A stretch of DNA of 51,919 nt, the filler included, from Sphacelaria rigidula (lineage: Eukaryota), in the NCBI GenBank assembly GCA_964200075.2. It is 3 parts of 3 records of this genome, joined end to end, with 100 filler letters (N's around TTAATTAATTAA, not from the genome) between each part and the next. Parts side by side here need not be neighbours in the genome. Positions count along the whole stretch, not along the records: positions 17,343 to 34,582 come from CAXNAA020001133.1; 2 more parts are not named here. One strand, written 5' to 3'. The notes beneath the pieces are model-generated. The model ran no database searches, had not been told where the DNA came from, and saw only the letters and a program-made list of their open reading frames with translations. Numbering within the stretch: position 1 is the stretch's first letter; each line of letters opens with the position of its first letter. Below, in pieces: positions 20,020-31,333 of the stretch. A program made the position numbers and the translations under genes.

Positions 20020-22760
20020 TTTGTAGCAGCGTCTGTAGCTAGTAGATCACTCAATTCTCAAACTCCTTGCTTTGATCAGAGTGCAACTTTTCCGGAGCGC
20101 CGAATGTTGCTAAAACTCTGCCAACGAGCATCTGTCCCACCGTAATGGCTGCCTTTTTTGGAATCAAGATAAAATATGCATAGCGTGTCTGATAATCCAT
20201 CACGGAAATGGCGCATTTACAAAGCACTCCAGCGGAGGATTCCGTTTCAAATACACACTTATCGATGACTTCTTGTACCCTTGGGCTGGCCCTGTAGGGC
20301 GGTCTGTCTACTGGTTGTGTAACTGGTTGGAGTGGATAAGTAGGTTCATTTATCGTTCAGCATCCTAACTCCTGCGGTGAAAACGAAAAGATTGTCCTGT
20401 ATCTAGTGCACATATCGAGGACTTGGTCTCTCGGTTCCTGAGATTTGATTTGAGCAACTGCACCGCCTGTGTTTGTTGTTTTCACTGTTCGGACCTCTGA
20501 TGCAGGAGTAATGTATATTAACAGAGTGTTTCGCTCAATGTAGACGTGCCTGCTGGATCGATTGGTTACCTGAACCACAGCCGTCTTATTCATCGTTGAC
20601 CATGTACACATTGCGTCCCACGATCAGACGTTTTGAAAACTGGTGGTGTGTTCAACGACTGAACGCCCTGTTTCGGGAAAAGAAGCAGCTAGAAAAAGCA
20701 CTCCAGGTGCACAGATGTGTGCTGTACCATGCTGTACCGTACTGTCTGCAGACTGCGGTGTATACGCTACCGGACTTTTCTCGAAAACTCCCGCGAGCAT
20801 GCAAGGACGACTCGTGCTGGTGCTAACAGCCGATCATCGAAATGGAGGATGGAGCTTGTCCGGTTTGACATGAAGGCCATCTCAGTTTGCGGAGGAACAA
20901 CACGTTTTTCCCCCCAGAAACATTGGGACAAGTTGCGCCACAGCTTCTACTCTAACAACGGAACATGTGTTATGTTCCCTGCGTGTAAAATTACCTTGCT
21001 CGTTCCATCTCTTGTGGGTGGCTTTGATACCAACATTGGAATTTCGGAACGATAATGTCTCGGCTGCCTCGTCTACAATGCCTCCAGAATGTTCCCATCT
21101 GTAAATTATCGATCAGCATGTAGTCCGAACCCGACTCTCGTAAAACAAATGCTTTAACGGGCAGGGTTTTTTTCCTCCGACGTGAGGTCGAAACGAATGA
21201 TACTGACTTCTGTTGATGGGTGAATTGTCCGTGCTTTGAATATCCAAAGGTCTGCTTGCGATTGGTCTGATGTCCGCCGTGCTTATAGTACGGTGCGAAC
21301 GGATGAACTTTAGGCTGACGATAAGCAGGTCTAAAGTGGATCTTTGGTCAGTGCCTGCCCATCACTATCGTTTATTCTAGCGTGTACCTGGACTCTTCCT
21401 GAACCCGGATGTATCGTTACAGGTCCCTTCGGGTACCGCGCTAATGATGACATGCGGAAAGTGGAATGCTTCGAAGTGTTACAGTTTTGGAGTCCGAGAT
21501 TTTGATCTGTGTTCTGCATTGATATTACATGACGGTTGAGCTATGAAGGCTGCTTGCGGAACACTCTCCAAGTACGAAGGCTGGTTAAAGTGCACCATGT
21601 TTACGACTTGTGTTGCTCACTTCGGTCTCCTGCTTGATTTTATCATGTACTTTCGCTATCTCTTTGTGAGATTTCGCACACGATCCCACCGAAGGGGCTT
21701 TTTTTGTGGCAAACGAATCACCTTCCTCGGTGTTGAACGGTAATTGTCTCAGTTAGAGATGCAGATCTGGTGCTACATCTAAGTATAACTTGACCGGATA
21801 ATCTTTGAGAGGGAGTATGTGTAGTCCCGATCAGCAATCAACAGCCACTGATGACGAAATTGTTGTTTATTCTGGTGGCAGGTTGAGCATGTGTCAACAT
21901 GGGATATAACGTTACCGATGCCTTGGGGCACCGCGCAAAATGCAACATGGTATGAGCCTCAACAAGATGAGCTCCATTTCGACGATTTTGGACTCGTGTA
22001 CGGTGTATCGCTATTCGACGGCTGTTATAAAGGCTGCTTAGAAACTAGCTCTAAGTACGGAGGCTGGTTATTATACACCGCAATCCTTTTTTCGACCTGT
22101 TGCTCTTGTTCAGCTTCTTCTTCATCCTAGTATGTACTTTCATGGCACAACTGGGGGCTGTTTTGGTGCCTCACCGGAGGAGTTACTGTACTGACTAGAA
22201 GACCCGCTTCTCTCCGATATTTTCACCAAAAAGGTTGGCACTTTTCTCGATTTCGTGCGCCTTGAGATGTGAAACAATGAACTATCTACCGTTTGCAACT
22301 CGTCTCAACTTGTGAGCTGAGATTCGGCACGACCGTCCAATAATTACACCCTCATATTTTGCTTGCTAAATTGTAGCCATGACAAGGTAATGCATTCACA
22401 GGTTGAGTAGAATTGTTTTAGTGCCATTTCGAGTCATCGCGTTTCCAGAGGTCGGTCTTCTTGATTGACTGCCGTGCCTCCTGCACTAAGGTGGTGAGAG
22501 GTGGGTTGACAAATGCGGTTTCGCTGTTTGACCAGCCCTGCTGGTGACATGTAATGCACGCTGGACGCTAGTTTCGCGTTTCGCTGGCTCCTACGACCCT
22601 CTCAACTCGAATAGCTGTGCACACATGACCCATACGTTTCGCCTACTGTAACGCTCCTTGGTTTCTTTTTTCGGATGATGCCGCCACCGTTAAGCCAGTG
22701 TGCTCCGCATGCGTAAGTCAATGTGCCCTGCACGCGTAGGTTCATCTCTCTTCGTTAATT
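20020..22760 (-). mobile_element. Degenerate Ty3/gypsy LTR-retrotransposon gag-pol remnant
   Basis: Minus strand 20400->20040 reads FSFSPQELGC*...PVDRPPYRASPRVQEVIDKCV (pre-RT linker) joined to VMDYQTRYAYFILIPKKAAITVGQMLVGRVLATFGAPEKLHSDQSKEFEN (integrase core). A degenerate zinc knuckle QNCNTSKHST lies near 21460-21490. Many stops; the upstream boundary is uncertain. Confidence 0.8.
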
Positions 22761-23443
22761 CCACCCTGAAGTAGGCTTCGCTAGGGGTGAGGCAGTAGAG
22801 TTACGGGTTCCGAAGAAGAAGGTTGTCTTGCCTTGCTGCCGAAGGACCTCCAAAGCGAGGCGTGATTTTCCCTCTTGTCGTTTAGGCAAGGATTCGGCCG
22901 TGACCGATGGTAGGCAAGAAGAGCAACTGAACGGACCGATACGGTAGTACCAGCAACGCTCAACCAGGGTCCATGCGGTGGCTCTATTATTCTGAGCTCT
23001 CTCTACCGGAGACCCCGTTGCCTAGGTTGTCAAAGATCCAGTTTTTCACAGGTTTGGACGTTTCGAGTCCGCTCATGTATGTCACTAGCGGACCCCGTTC
23101 CTGAGACTGTGTCCCGGCTTACATGTGTATTCTGGTGTTCATCATGCTCATACATCTGTGGTCTCCACACTCCGTATTTTTTTCAGTTCTTTTTTTTCTT
23201 GTTCTTTTCGATGTCCTCGCTTTTTTTTCCTTGGCTTGTTGTCCTTATTTTGGTTTTCTTTTTTCATTTCTTCCCTCAATTTCTTCATTTCCCCCCCTCT
23301 TTTTTTCTTATTTTCCTTATTCGTTCCCTCATTCTTCTTCTTCCCGTTTTTCTCTGGATTTGTTTCCCGTTTCTCTTCTCTTCTTTTTTTATTCTCATTT
23401 CCTTTCCCCTTCCGACTATTCCTACTGTTTTTTTTATCGGCAG

Positions 23444-23542
23444 ACGACGGCAATGTACGAAGTGGAGGTGATGTGCCGGGCTGGAGCGTGGGTGAAGGCG
23501 AACCTTGTGCCGCAAGTCTCGAACACGCCTGAGACGACGACG
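23444..23542 (+). CDS. Exon of a TMEM104-like amino-acid transporter (AAAP/SLC38-like)
   Basis: Long pyrimidine tract, then gcag|...|gtgagg. Encodes TTAMYEVEVMCRAGAWVKANLVPQVSNTPETTT; phases 0/0. Confidence 0.7.
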
Positions 23543-23637
23543 GTGAGGATGCGTGATCGATTGATCTACTCATGCCGTTCATGTTATTGACTTGACCGGG
23601 CTTCTGTGAACGTTCGGCCCCATTGAAGCAATCCCAG

Positions 23638-23820
23638 TAGGATGCAGCTCACCCTCCATACGACTCGCCGAACTCATCACGGCGCTTCGCGCTCAGTAAT
23701 TGATTGCGAGTCTTGTCCGGCGAAGAGCACGCGTGCTCCATCCCGACTTTATAGGGATGCAAGGTCAATGGTCATAAGACCACGTCGTGCAAGATCATGA
23801 GTGCACCCCTCCCCTCCACA
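23638..23820 (+). repeat. Dispersed repeat family B with C-rich tail
   Basis: Ends GGGATGCAAGGTCAATGGTCATAAGACCACGTCGTGCAAGATCATGAGTGCACCCCTCCCCTCC. Further copies near 9170-9222, 25885-26000, 27320-27378, 28120-28152, 36270-36450, 36485-36665 and 51738-51790. Confidence 0.85.
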
Positions 23821-24115
23821 GGGTAATAAACAAGGTTCAAGGCACAATGTCGTACGGGAGGGAGTTGGCTGTTTGATGCAAGTAGATAGGTATTGATCCT
23901 GTCGAAGTTTATGCGAGAAGGAGTTAATAAGTGTACGATACTGTAATATGTGTCAAAACATTGCCTCGAACTGCAAAAGTTGGTACACAATTTTCCTTTT
24001 TCATTTCTCTGTTCAATGATAAACTGACTTCCATCGCTAACTTCAGCAACAGCAGTAGAGAAAAACAGACCTCTGAAGCAAGAAAACTTCCCCCGCCCCC
24101 CTCTCTCCCCGGAAA

Positions 24116-24450
24116 GGTGCTCCGTCTCGAAAGGGATGCGTGGTCAATGGTCAGACGACTAAGGTAAGGAACTGATGAGTACAACCCCCCCATCTCCTTT
24201 CCGATGAGCGCCTCAATGTTGGAGGTGTACATCGGTAGTAGGAACACTGCTCTGTTTCGCAAGGGATGCCTGGCTAATGGTCAAACGAGTACGGCAAGCA
24301 ACCAATGGGTACGCGCCCCTCTCCCCTTGATAAGCGCCTCAATGTTGGAGGGGTCTATAAGTAGTAGGAACACTGCTCCGTCTCGAAAGAGATGAGTGGT
24401 CGATGGTCGAGCGACTAAGGCAAGCAACGAACGAGTACCCCCCCCCCCCC
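24116..24450 (+). repeat. ~127-bp tandem repeat (about 2.5 units) of the family A 3' end
   Basis: TGCTCCGTCTCGAAAGGGATGCGTGGTCAATGGTC...GAGTAC(C)n...AGCGCCTCAATGTTGGAGG...AGTAGGAACAC is repeated and terminates in a C run. Confidence 0.85.
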
Positions 24451-25241
24451 AAACCCATTTAAGGTTAAATCACGGATTGATTTGATTGATTGCCGTTCAT
24501 AAACTCATGCCTGAGGGACCCAGCTGTGGTCACACGATAGACGCACCTTGTAAACAAAACGAAAACGCTCGCTAAGGCCACTCCTCGTGTGTCGAAAAAC
24601 AAAAACTTGTTGATGACTGCATTTTTGACCCTTGCCCGCCGCTCTGACCCCGGAAAGAGAGCTAGAAGGACGTTGACACCTTGGAATGATTTGCTGCATT
24701 CGTTTAGGCCGTTCCAGGGCACCTTCACGCGTCCCGGCGGCCGCGCTTTTGTTTTTGGCCAAAGTTGCATTTTCAATGAAAAAATGACCAAGCTATCAAA
24801 ACACAGGGGGGAAAGTGTCATTTTTGTATAACTTGACCGTTTTATATTGAAAATGCAAGAGTGGCTTTGAAAAACAGTGTGGTTAATGGAAAACGCAAAG
24901 GTGCCCTTGAACGGTCTCAATGAGCAGAACAAATCATTGAAGGTGTCAACGTCCGCACAGCCCTTTTTTCGGGCGTGAAACGACGCAGATGGGCTAGAAC
25001 GGCAATTGTCAGCAAGATTTAGTTTTTTGACCTCTAAGAAGTGGCTCGAGGAAAAAGAAATATGGAAGAATACTAGCTGTAGATGAAAAATAATAGAGGT
25101 GCAGGCGCGGGTAATGACTCCAACTCGTAGTTTCCGGTTTGGGCACAGTATGATCTCTCCGGCACAGGCTGCTGTTGACGTCACGCTGAAGTAGTGTCAA
25201 GGCTGCGGTACTAGAATGGCTTCATGTTTTCATTTTTCCTT

Positions 25242-25604
25242 GGTCGCGCCGGTGGCTCAGTTGGTAACCACGGAACCTTCTGACGGTTGGGTCGTGGGTT
25301 CAAAACTCGGAGCGATCTGGGATTTTTTCCAACACCATGTTCAACAGTGGAGAACGACTATGTCGTGGGTACAAAAAATTCGACTTGACGGTCGACGAGG
25401 GATTGAAAGTGCCGAATCTCTCTCGCGATAAAAAAGAAGGCAAGCACCGCATAAGGAAGATGGGGTACTAAAAACAAATAAAAAAGAACAAGCTCCTGTG
25501 TTGACCTTCCTTCTGTGTGACCCCAACTTGTGCTCCCACATACACCGAAAAAGTGTAGACCGGCGTCCAGAATAGATGGGACGACAACACACACGCGACA
25601 CACA
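25242..25604 (+). mobile_element. tRNA-headed SINE, family 1
   Basis: GGTGGCTCAGTTGG...GGGTTCAAAACTC head. Body is colinear with 14875-15245 and has a CA-rich tail. Confidence 0.8.
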
Positions 25605-26048
25605 TGTTATAGATGAAATGAGAGCTCTATCTCTTGTGAGGAATAGCAGGGTAGGCATGGGAACGACGAACTCACATCTGTGACCACGGGTCCGACGGAT
25701 CGGGCTGATGTGCGGAAATAATAATAGTATTAACGCCTTTTTGCTCTCTTTCAATTACTCAGACCTAAGAAATGGTAGACTTGGTGATTCGAACCAGCGA
25801 TGGTCCGTCCACCCCATGCAAGGTCCGCGTGCATCGAAATGGCACATGATATTTACTCCCACAAAAGTACCCCCCCCCAACCCCCCCGAGCCTGGTCCAG
25901 CGAAAACCCGGCGTGCTCTGTCCTGGCTTTGTAGGGATGCGATGTCGGTCGTCATATAACCACGACATGCAAAATCATGAGTACGTCTCCACCCCCCTTC
26001 TGACCCCCAACTGTCGACGTTCGAATACGACAACCTCAAAACAATCAG

Positions 26049-26336
26049 CGCACGTTGGAGCAAAAGATGCACCTCAGCGAACACGCCTTCCAAGTGACGG
26101 ACATGTGCGAGCTGTTCGGCGGCCGCAAGCTGCAGCTGGCCTGCACCGCCGCCATGGTATCCTACAATTTCTTCGTTCTCTGGGGAGACGGCGTGGTGTT
26201 TGGGGACGCAATGGCAACGTACGCCCCGGTACCGTTCTTGGGAGAGGTGGGCGCGTACAGGATGTACGTGTTGCTGTTCTCCCTCGTGGTGGTGCCCTTG
26301 TCCACATTGGAGATCAAGGAGCAGGCCGCTTTTCAG
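26049..26336 (+). CDS. Exon of the TMEM104-like transporter
   Basis: Bounded cag|...|gtacgt, GC-rich and coding-like. Encodes FQVTDMCELFGG...YNFFVLWG...AYRMYVLLFSLVVVPLSTLEIKEQAAFQ; phases 0/0. Confidence 0.85.
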
Positions 26337-26564
26337 GTACGTGGTGAATACAGGGTGATTGGGGGTGATAGACGACGGGGCTACTAAAGTTGGAGTTCAA
26401 GTTGTTTTCGAAGTCGTACTTTTGAGCCTCCCACCCCTCGTTCCATCTCTTCGAGATTTGCAAGTAAAAAAGACGATCGAAGCAATTGAGTGTTTTTGAA
26501 TATATGTAAATAAATGTACTATGGTGTGTGTGTGTTTTTCCACTTCCGTGTTTTTCGTGTAAGC

Positions 26565-26950
26565 TGTGTGTGTGTGTTGCCATCCCATCAATTCTGGACG
26601 TCAGTCTCCTGTACACCTTTTGATGTATGTTTACGCATCAGCCAGGGCCACACGGGATGTAGGTCGCCACAACAGTTTATCTTTTATTTTTTGTTTTGTT
26701 TGTAGTACTCCACCTTCCTTCTGCGGTGCTCGCCTAGCTTTTTATCGCGAGAAGTGTTCCACGTTCCCGTCCCCTCGTCGACCACCAGGTAGAACTTTAT
26801 TGTGTACGCACGGCATGGATAGCCGCCCTCCACTATTGCGCGTGAATTGAGTAAAATTTCCAGACCGTGTGACTTCACAGAGATTCGAATCCACGTCCCA
26901 ACCATCAGAAAAGTTCGAGCTTATAAAACTGAATCACCCAAGAGACGGGC
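26565..26950 (-). mobile_element. tRNA-headed SINE, family 1
   Basis: Reverse complement of 25242-25604: (GT)n tail, CCTTCCTTCTGCGGTGCT core, GATTCGAATCC B-box. Confidence 0.75.
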
Positions 26951-28157
26951 ATGAAGTCGCTGCTGTATAATACTGACTGGGGGGAAGTTGATCCCTTGAG
27001 ATCACTGGAGACCACGGACACGTCCCGAGGGAGGGAAATAGTCAAAAGTAAGAGATAAAAAAACAAGAAAAAAGGTCGCAAAATCTCAAAGGTTGTTGAG
27101 ACGTGTTTTCTTTTCATGTATATTCTGAGGGAGATATGGGTCGTTGGGACGAAGGGGAGGCATTGAGAGTGTCTGTTAGCATCACTGTTGGCTACATTCG
27201 AGAAGTCTATAATCGACACATGTTTGAGAATGAATGCAGTTGGTGGTTACAGTATAGGGTTGTTTTTTGTCGTCGTACATTTTTGATAGCACCCTTTCCC
27301 CTCATCATCCCAGCTTGGTTGGGATGTACGGTCAGTGGTCACATGGCTGCGGCATGCAAGATCATGAGTACGCCTCCTCGTTCCTTGGGACACGTCCGTA
27401 GACGCCGGGGATAAAACCTCGTGTCCGTCTCTCCGGGGTGGGTGCATTCCGTTTACTTTTGTTTCGGGAATCTGAAACAGCAGTCGTCGCGGCGCCGTCG
27501 ACTTTCCATCACACACTGGAGTATGACGAAATAATGCTGAAGGTGTGTATCTTTCTTGTCGCTATGTTGGCCGCGAAAACATCGGGCCTCATGACGGTTC
27601 TTCAGCGAGTCTTTCAGTTTTGTTTCGTCTCGGGTACGTACGTGTATCCTGTGAAAACGGCTGGATCCCTGGGGGTTCACTTAAGGTGCGACAATCCACC
27701 ATCATCAACCAAATCTAGTGTATTTGTCCAGCTCTCATTAGTCACACGTTTGTCGAATGATGGCTGAAACCGGTGTTGCTGTATAAATGCTACCGGCCTG
27801 ACTATGCGGGCGAGGCTTCTGTGTTATGCCGAATTCAAATTCCGACGTGAACTTGTGCGTCACTGTGACTGTATGTACAGCCGAGAATCTTGTCGGGCTC
27901 CGAGAAATATCAACTGAGATTGTCACTCCCCTCCCCTTTAGACTCATTCCCAGCTTGGAATTTTCCGCGAGAAACTTCTAAACATACCTGGTTGAAGTTT
28001 CGAGCTTCCCGACTTTTCTGCGAACAAGCACTCACCCCCTTGTCAACCCCCTCCCCCCCTACTCCCACTTCACCTCCCCTACCTGCCTGCCCCCTTGCGA
28101 ATGAATGATTTCACGCCTACGGCATGCAAGATCATGAGTATCCCCCCACCCCAGAGG

Positions 28158-28470
28158 GGGAAATGCGAGACGTAAACGAAGGTGGCATGAAATCGTTTGA
28201 TGCGTCAGGCAGTACCGAGAAAATGACGGCTATACTAGGAGATAGATGGTGGCCATAGACGGCGAAACAGGACGGGAATAAGATAGGAAAAAGGTTTTGT
28301 GTAGTGTATGGAAGGAATGTAATAAGCATCGAAATGTTGGAGGTGTATCTATTAGGAGTAGGAAGGGTGTTCCGTCTCGAAAGGGATGCGTGTTCAGTTA
28401 TCAAACGCCTGTTGAAAGATAAGTAACAAATGAGTACGCCGTTCCCCCCCACCCCCCCTCCCCGCCCCCT
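28158..28470 (+). mobile_element. 3' fragment of LINE-like family A with C-rich tail
   Basis: Reads EMRDVNEGGMKSFDASGSTEKMTAILGDRWWP*TAKQDGNKIGKRF, then the CCGTCTCGAAAGGGATGCG 3' block and GAGTACGCCGTTCCCCCCACCCCCC. Confidence 0.6.
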
Positions 28471-29994
28471 AGAAAAATGTTTTTCCCTTTTGAAAGCTCG
28501 TCGTCCTCTGCATCGCTGGAAGTTGATGCTAGGTAGTACCAAGCGTTCTCGAAGGCCCCCTCATCGCACGCGACCTCCCTCTGTAAAGTTCTCGCCCTCT
28601 GAGGTCTTTTGTCCGGTGTGCTGGACGCTGAAGTCATTGTCATCCAACTCTGAAAATAAATACCAATCATTTTCCGAAATTGGTCATTCTTGACTCGAAT
28701 TCCGAACCAAAAATATGCGCCGCATTTGTTCTTCATCGGCTTCCCCTACTCGCACGTTTTCATATTTCCAATGATTACACCTCTAGTGTCTTTAACACAC
28801 GCCTTTGGGGTGAGTGCTCGTTGTAAACTCAAAATACGCTAACTTGTGAGACAGAGGAACCATATATACAGTATAATTACAAAGTATGTCTTATGTTCTC
28901 ATTTCCGCACGTCGGGCAACTCATGAGCTACCTAGAGAGTACTTGTTATTCGTGCACTGATCCGGATCATGAGCTAGCTCCTTTTTATTTTCTTCCATGT
29001 TTTCTCCCTACAGCGCTGGACGCCGTGCACGCGGATTTACGCCACGGTTGCTCTTTAGCTTCTCTGACCCCGCGGTAACGTAATTTTTTAGTTCTTGAAC
29101 AAGAGGTCTGCGAGTCGTCTTCAACTAGTTATTCTAGGTAGCGCATGAGCTGTCCGATTACTACTATCATTATTCTCTTCCTGTTTGTCGCACTATGAAC
29201 CTCTCCCCTTCCTCGGGATGAGTCCGTGGTCTCGAGGGATTAACCCATCTCTCCCCCGGTACACGCCTAGCATTTTGGTCTCGCGGATTGGGTTATGACT
29301 ATCAGAACTCCCGCACCGCGTCAACTCACGTCTGACAAACTCAGTCGATGTGCGTTCATTTCTGACTCCTCATTCCCTCCCCGCGACGAGTCAGTGATCT
29401 GTTTGTATCAAAGGTCCAATTAAGCCATCTCCTCTGCTGGTATAGTACGCGCCTTCCATTTTGGTATCGTGGATTGGATCATGACCATCAGCACGCCCGC
29501 ACCGCGTCGACTGTCGACTAACGCACCCAGCCCAAACAGACTCTCTTTGTTTACTCACACCTGCTCCCGCTTTCAACGCCCGGAATCAGATACTTGGCGG
29601 AGAAAAAAAAGCCGGTCCAAAGAAAACGCATGTTGTGTGGAACACATACAGCCTGCTCGTCCCGAAAAGCGTGAAGAACCCGACAGCTACAGGCTGGGCC
29701 GCCTAAGAAGCTCACTTTCCTTAAGCGCGTTTCAACTGACGATGTATCGCGAGATGGGCCTACTATGATACATCGTGGTAATCGGCAAATCAGGGCGCGT
29801 CTTGAAATCCATGTAGCACTGCGACCCGACAAGGTCTCATCAAACGAAATACCAAACTGTAGCTAAGTGCGAAAGTGCAGAGAGTTGAGCGTACTATATG
29901 TGGCGGAACTAGCCAAAAGAAAACGGCTGAGATTGGATTTTCGGTCACCGTCAGTTTTGTGCCGCGTGGTGCCGCACAAGCTGTAGCACGATTC

Positions 29995-30265
29995 TCGAGC
30001 TTAATATTCAGTCTTTTTCGATGAAAAATTGACATGATGTACAGGACGTATGTGCAAACGCTCCTTCGTCCCTCCCGTGTGCTTTTTTGTCTTTCTTCGT
30101 GACTAATTGGCGACGGAACAATTTTGAACAGTTTTTTCAGAATGAAGTTGTCAATAATTCATGAAAAAAAAAAATATATATATATATAAGAGGAAATATC
30201 CGGTATTCGCACATACGTCCTCTACATCGTGTCAAAATTTAATCGAAAACAGCTTGAAGTTGAAC
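29995..30265. mobile_element. MITE-like foldback element, copy 1
   Basis: TTTTCGATGAAAATTGACATGATGTACAGGACGTATGTGC is mirrored by GCACATACGTCCTCTACATCGTGTCAAAATTTAATCGAAAA. Interior is shared with copy 2. Confidence 0.75.
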
Positions 30266-30340
30266 AGCATAATTGCGTTTGAATTACTCGTAACTGGTTC
30301 ACCTGCATATACTGTGGTAACCGGTTGTCGACGGAATGAC

Positions 30341-30625
30341 GCATTTTCTTCGCTCAATTTTGGATCGTTTTCGATGAAATTTAGACATGATGTACAAGAC
30401 GTGTGCGAATACCCAGCCTCTTCCCCTATATATATATTTTTTCTTACGTGCGTTATTGGGTGACGGAACATTTCATGACAGTTTTTTTCGGACCAAAGTT
30501 GTCAATAAAATCACGAAGAAAAGAAAACAAGAACATTGGGGGAAGATTGGGTATCCGCACACACGTTCTGTACTTACGTGTCAAAATTTCATCGAAAACG
30601 ATCCAGAATTGAGCGACGAAAATGC
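30341..30625. mobile_element. MITE-like foldback element, copy 2 (~85-bp TIRs)
   Basis: GCATTTTCTTCGCTCAATTTTGGATCGTTTTCGATGAAATT at the left end pairs with AATTTCATCGAAAACGATCCAGAATTGAGCGACGAAAATGC at the right end. Confidence 0.8.
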
Positions 30626-31047
30626 CCTTCAAAATTCCAGGTGGCTTCTTGGGCGGCCCAGCTCGTGTTGATATTATAAACAGGAGGTTGTTGGTAGTAG
30701 GGCATACCTTTCTATATATGCTTTCTAGGGGACCGGGATTACGGGATCAGTCTAGGAAAATCGAGAACGTTCTCTCCACATCAACAATAGTCCCCCTCGT
30801 CCTATGGCCGAGAGGGTGGGTTCCCTGTCGAATCGGCACCGATTTATTTACCTGGGAATATGCGTCCCAAGTTTCACATGACCCATCTTGGTGATCAGAG
30901 GGTTATAAAAGACGGAGGAAGTCTCTGTTACAGATCTTGTTCTTGGTGTGCACATGCTTGTGCGCTGTAAAGATCTCCGAGCCGGAGTTTTCCCGCCCAA
31001 AGTGTCGAAAAATCATGAATGTAAAAATGAGAGGAAAATGTAATATC

Positions 31048-31132
31048 TGCTCTTGCTCTTGCTCTTGCCTTTTGCTATTGCTTCTTTTGCTATTGCTTCT
31101 TTTGCTTTTGCTGTTTTTGCTTTTGCTGCTGC

Positions 31133-31163
<31 letters not shown>

Positions 31164-31216
31164 TCTGCTGCCCCTGCTGCTGCGCTTGCTCCTGCTTTTG
31201 CTTTTGTTTTGCTTCT
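31048..31216. repeat. Compound (CTTTTG)n/(CTG)n microsatellite next to a splice acceptor
   Basis: Seen directly; it explains the poly-Leu, poly-Ala and poly-Gln ORFs in the track. Confidence 0.92.
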
Positions 31217-31237
31217 GGCGTTTTTGCCGAAAAACAG

Positions 31238-31333
31238 ATATTTCTATTGGTGTTGCGATTTCTCGCCGTGGTGTTGATGGTGGGTTCTATCGTTGCCTCC
31301 TTGAATTCCGATGGCGAGCATTTCGGACCGGGG
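31238..31333 (+). CDS. Exon of the TMEM104-like transporter
   Basis: Bounded acag|...|gtgagt. Encodes IFLLVLRFLAVVLMVGSIVASLNSDGEHFGPG, continuing the EQ...Q....RF....M pattern; phases 0/0. Confidence 0.8.

Noticed and set aside
23079-23443. Phe-rich and Lys-rich ORFs
   Set aside because: This is a low-complexity pyrimidine tract upstream of a splice acceptor.
30937-31237. Poly-Leu, poly-Gln and poly-Ala proteins
   Set aside because: These are translations of a microsatellite.
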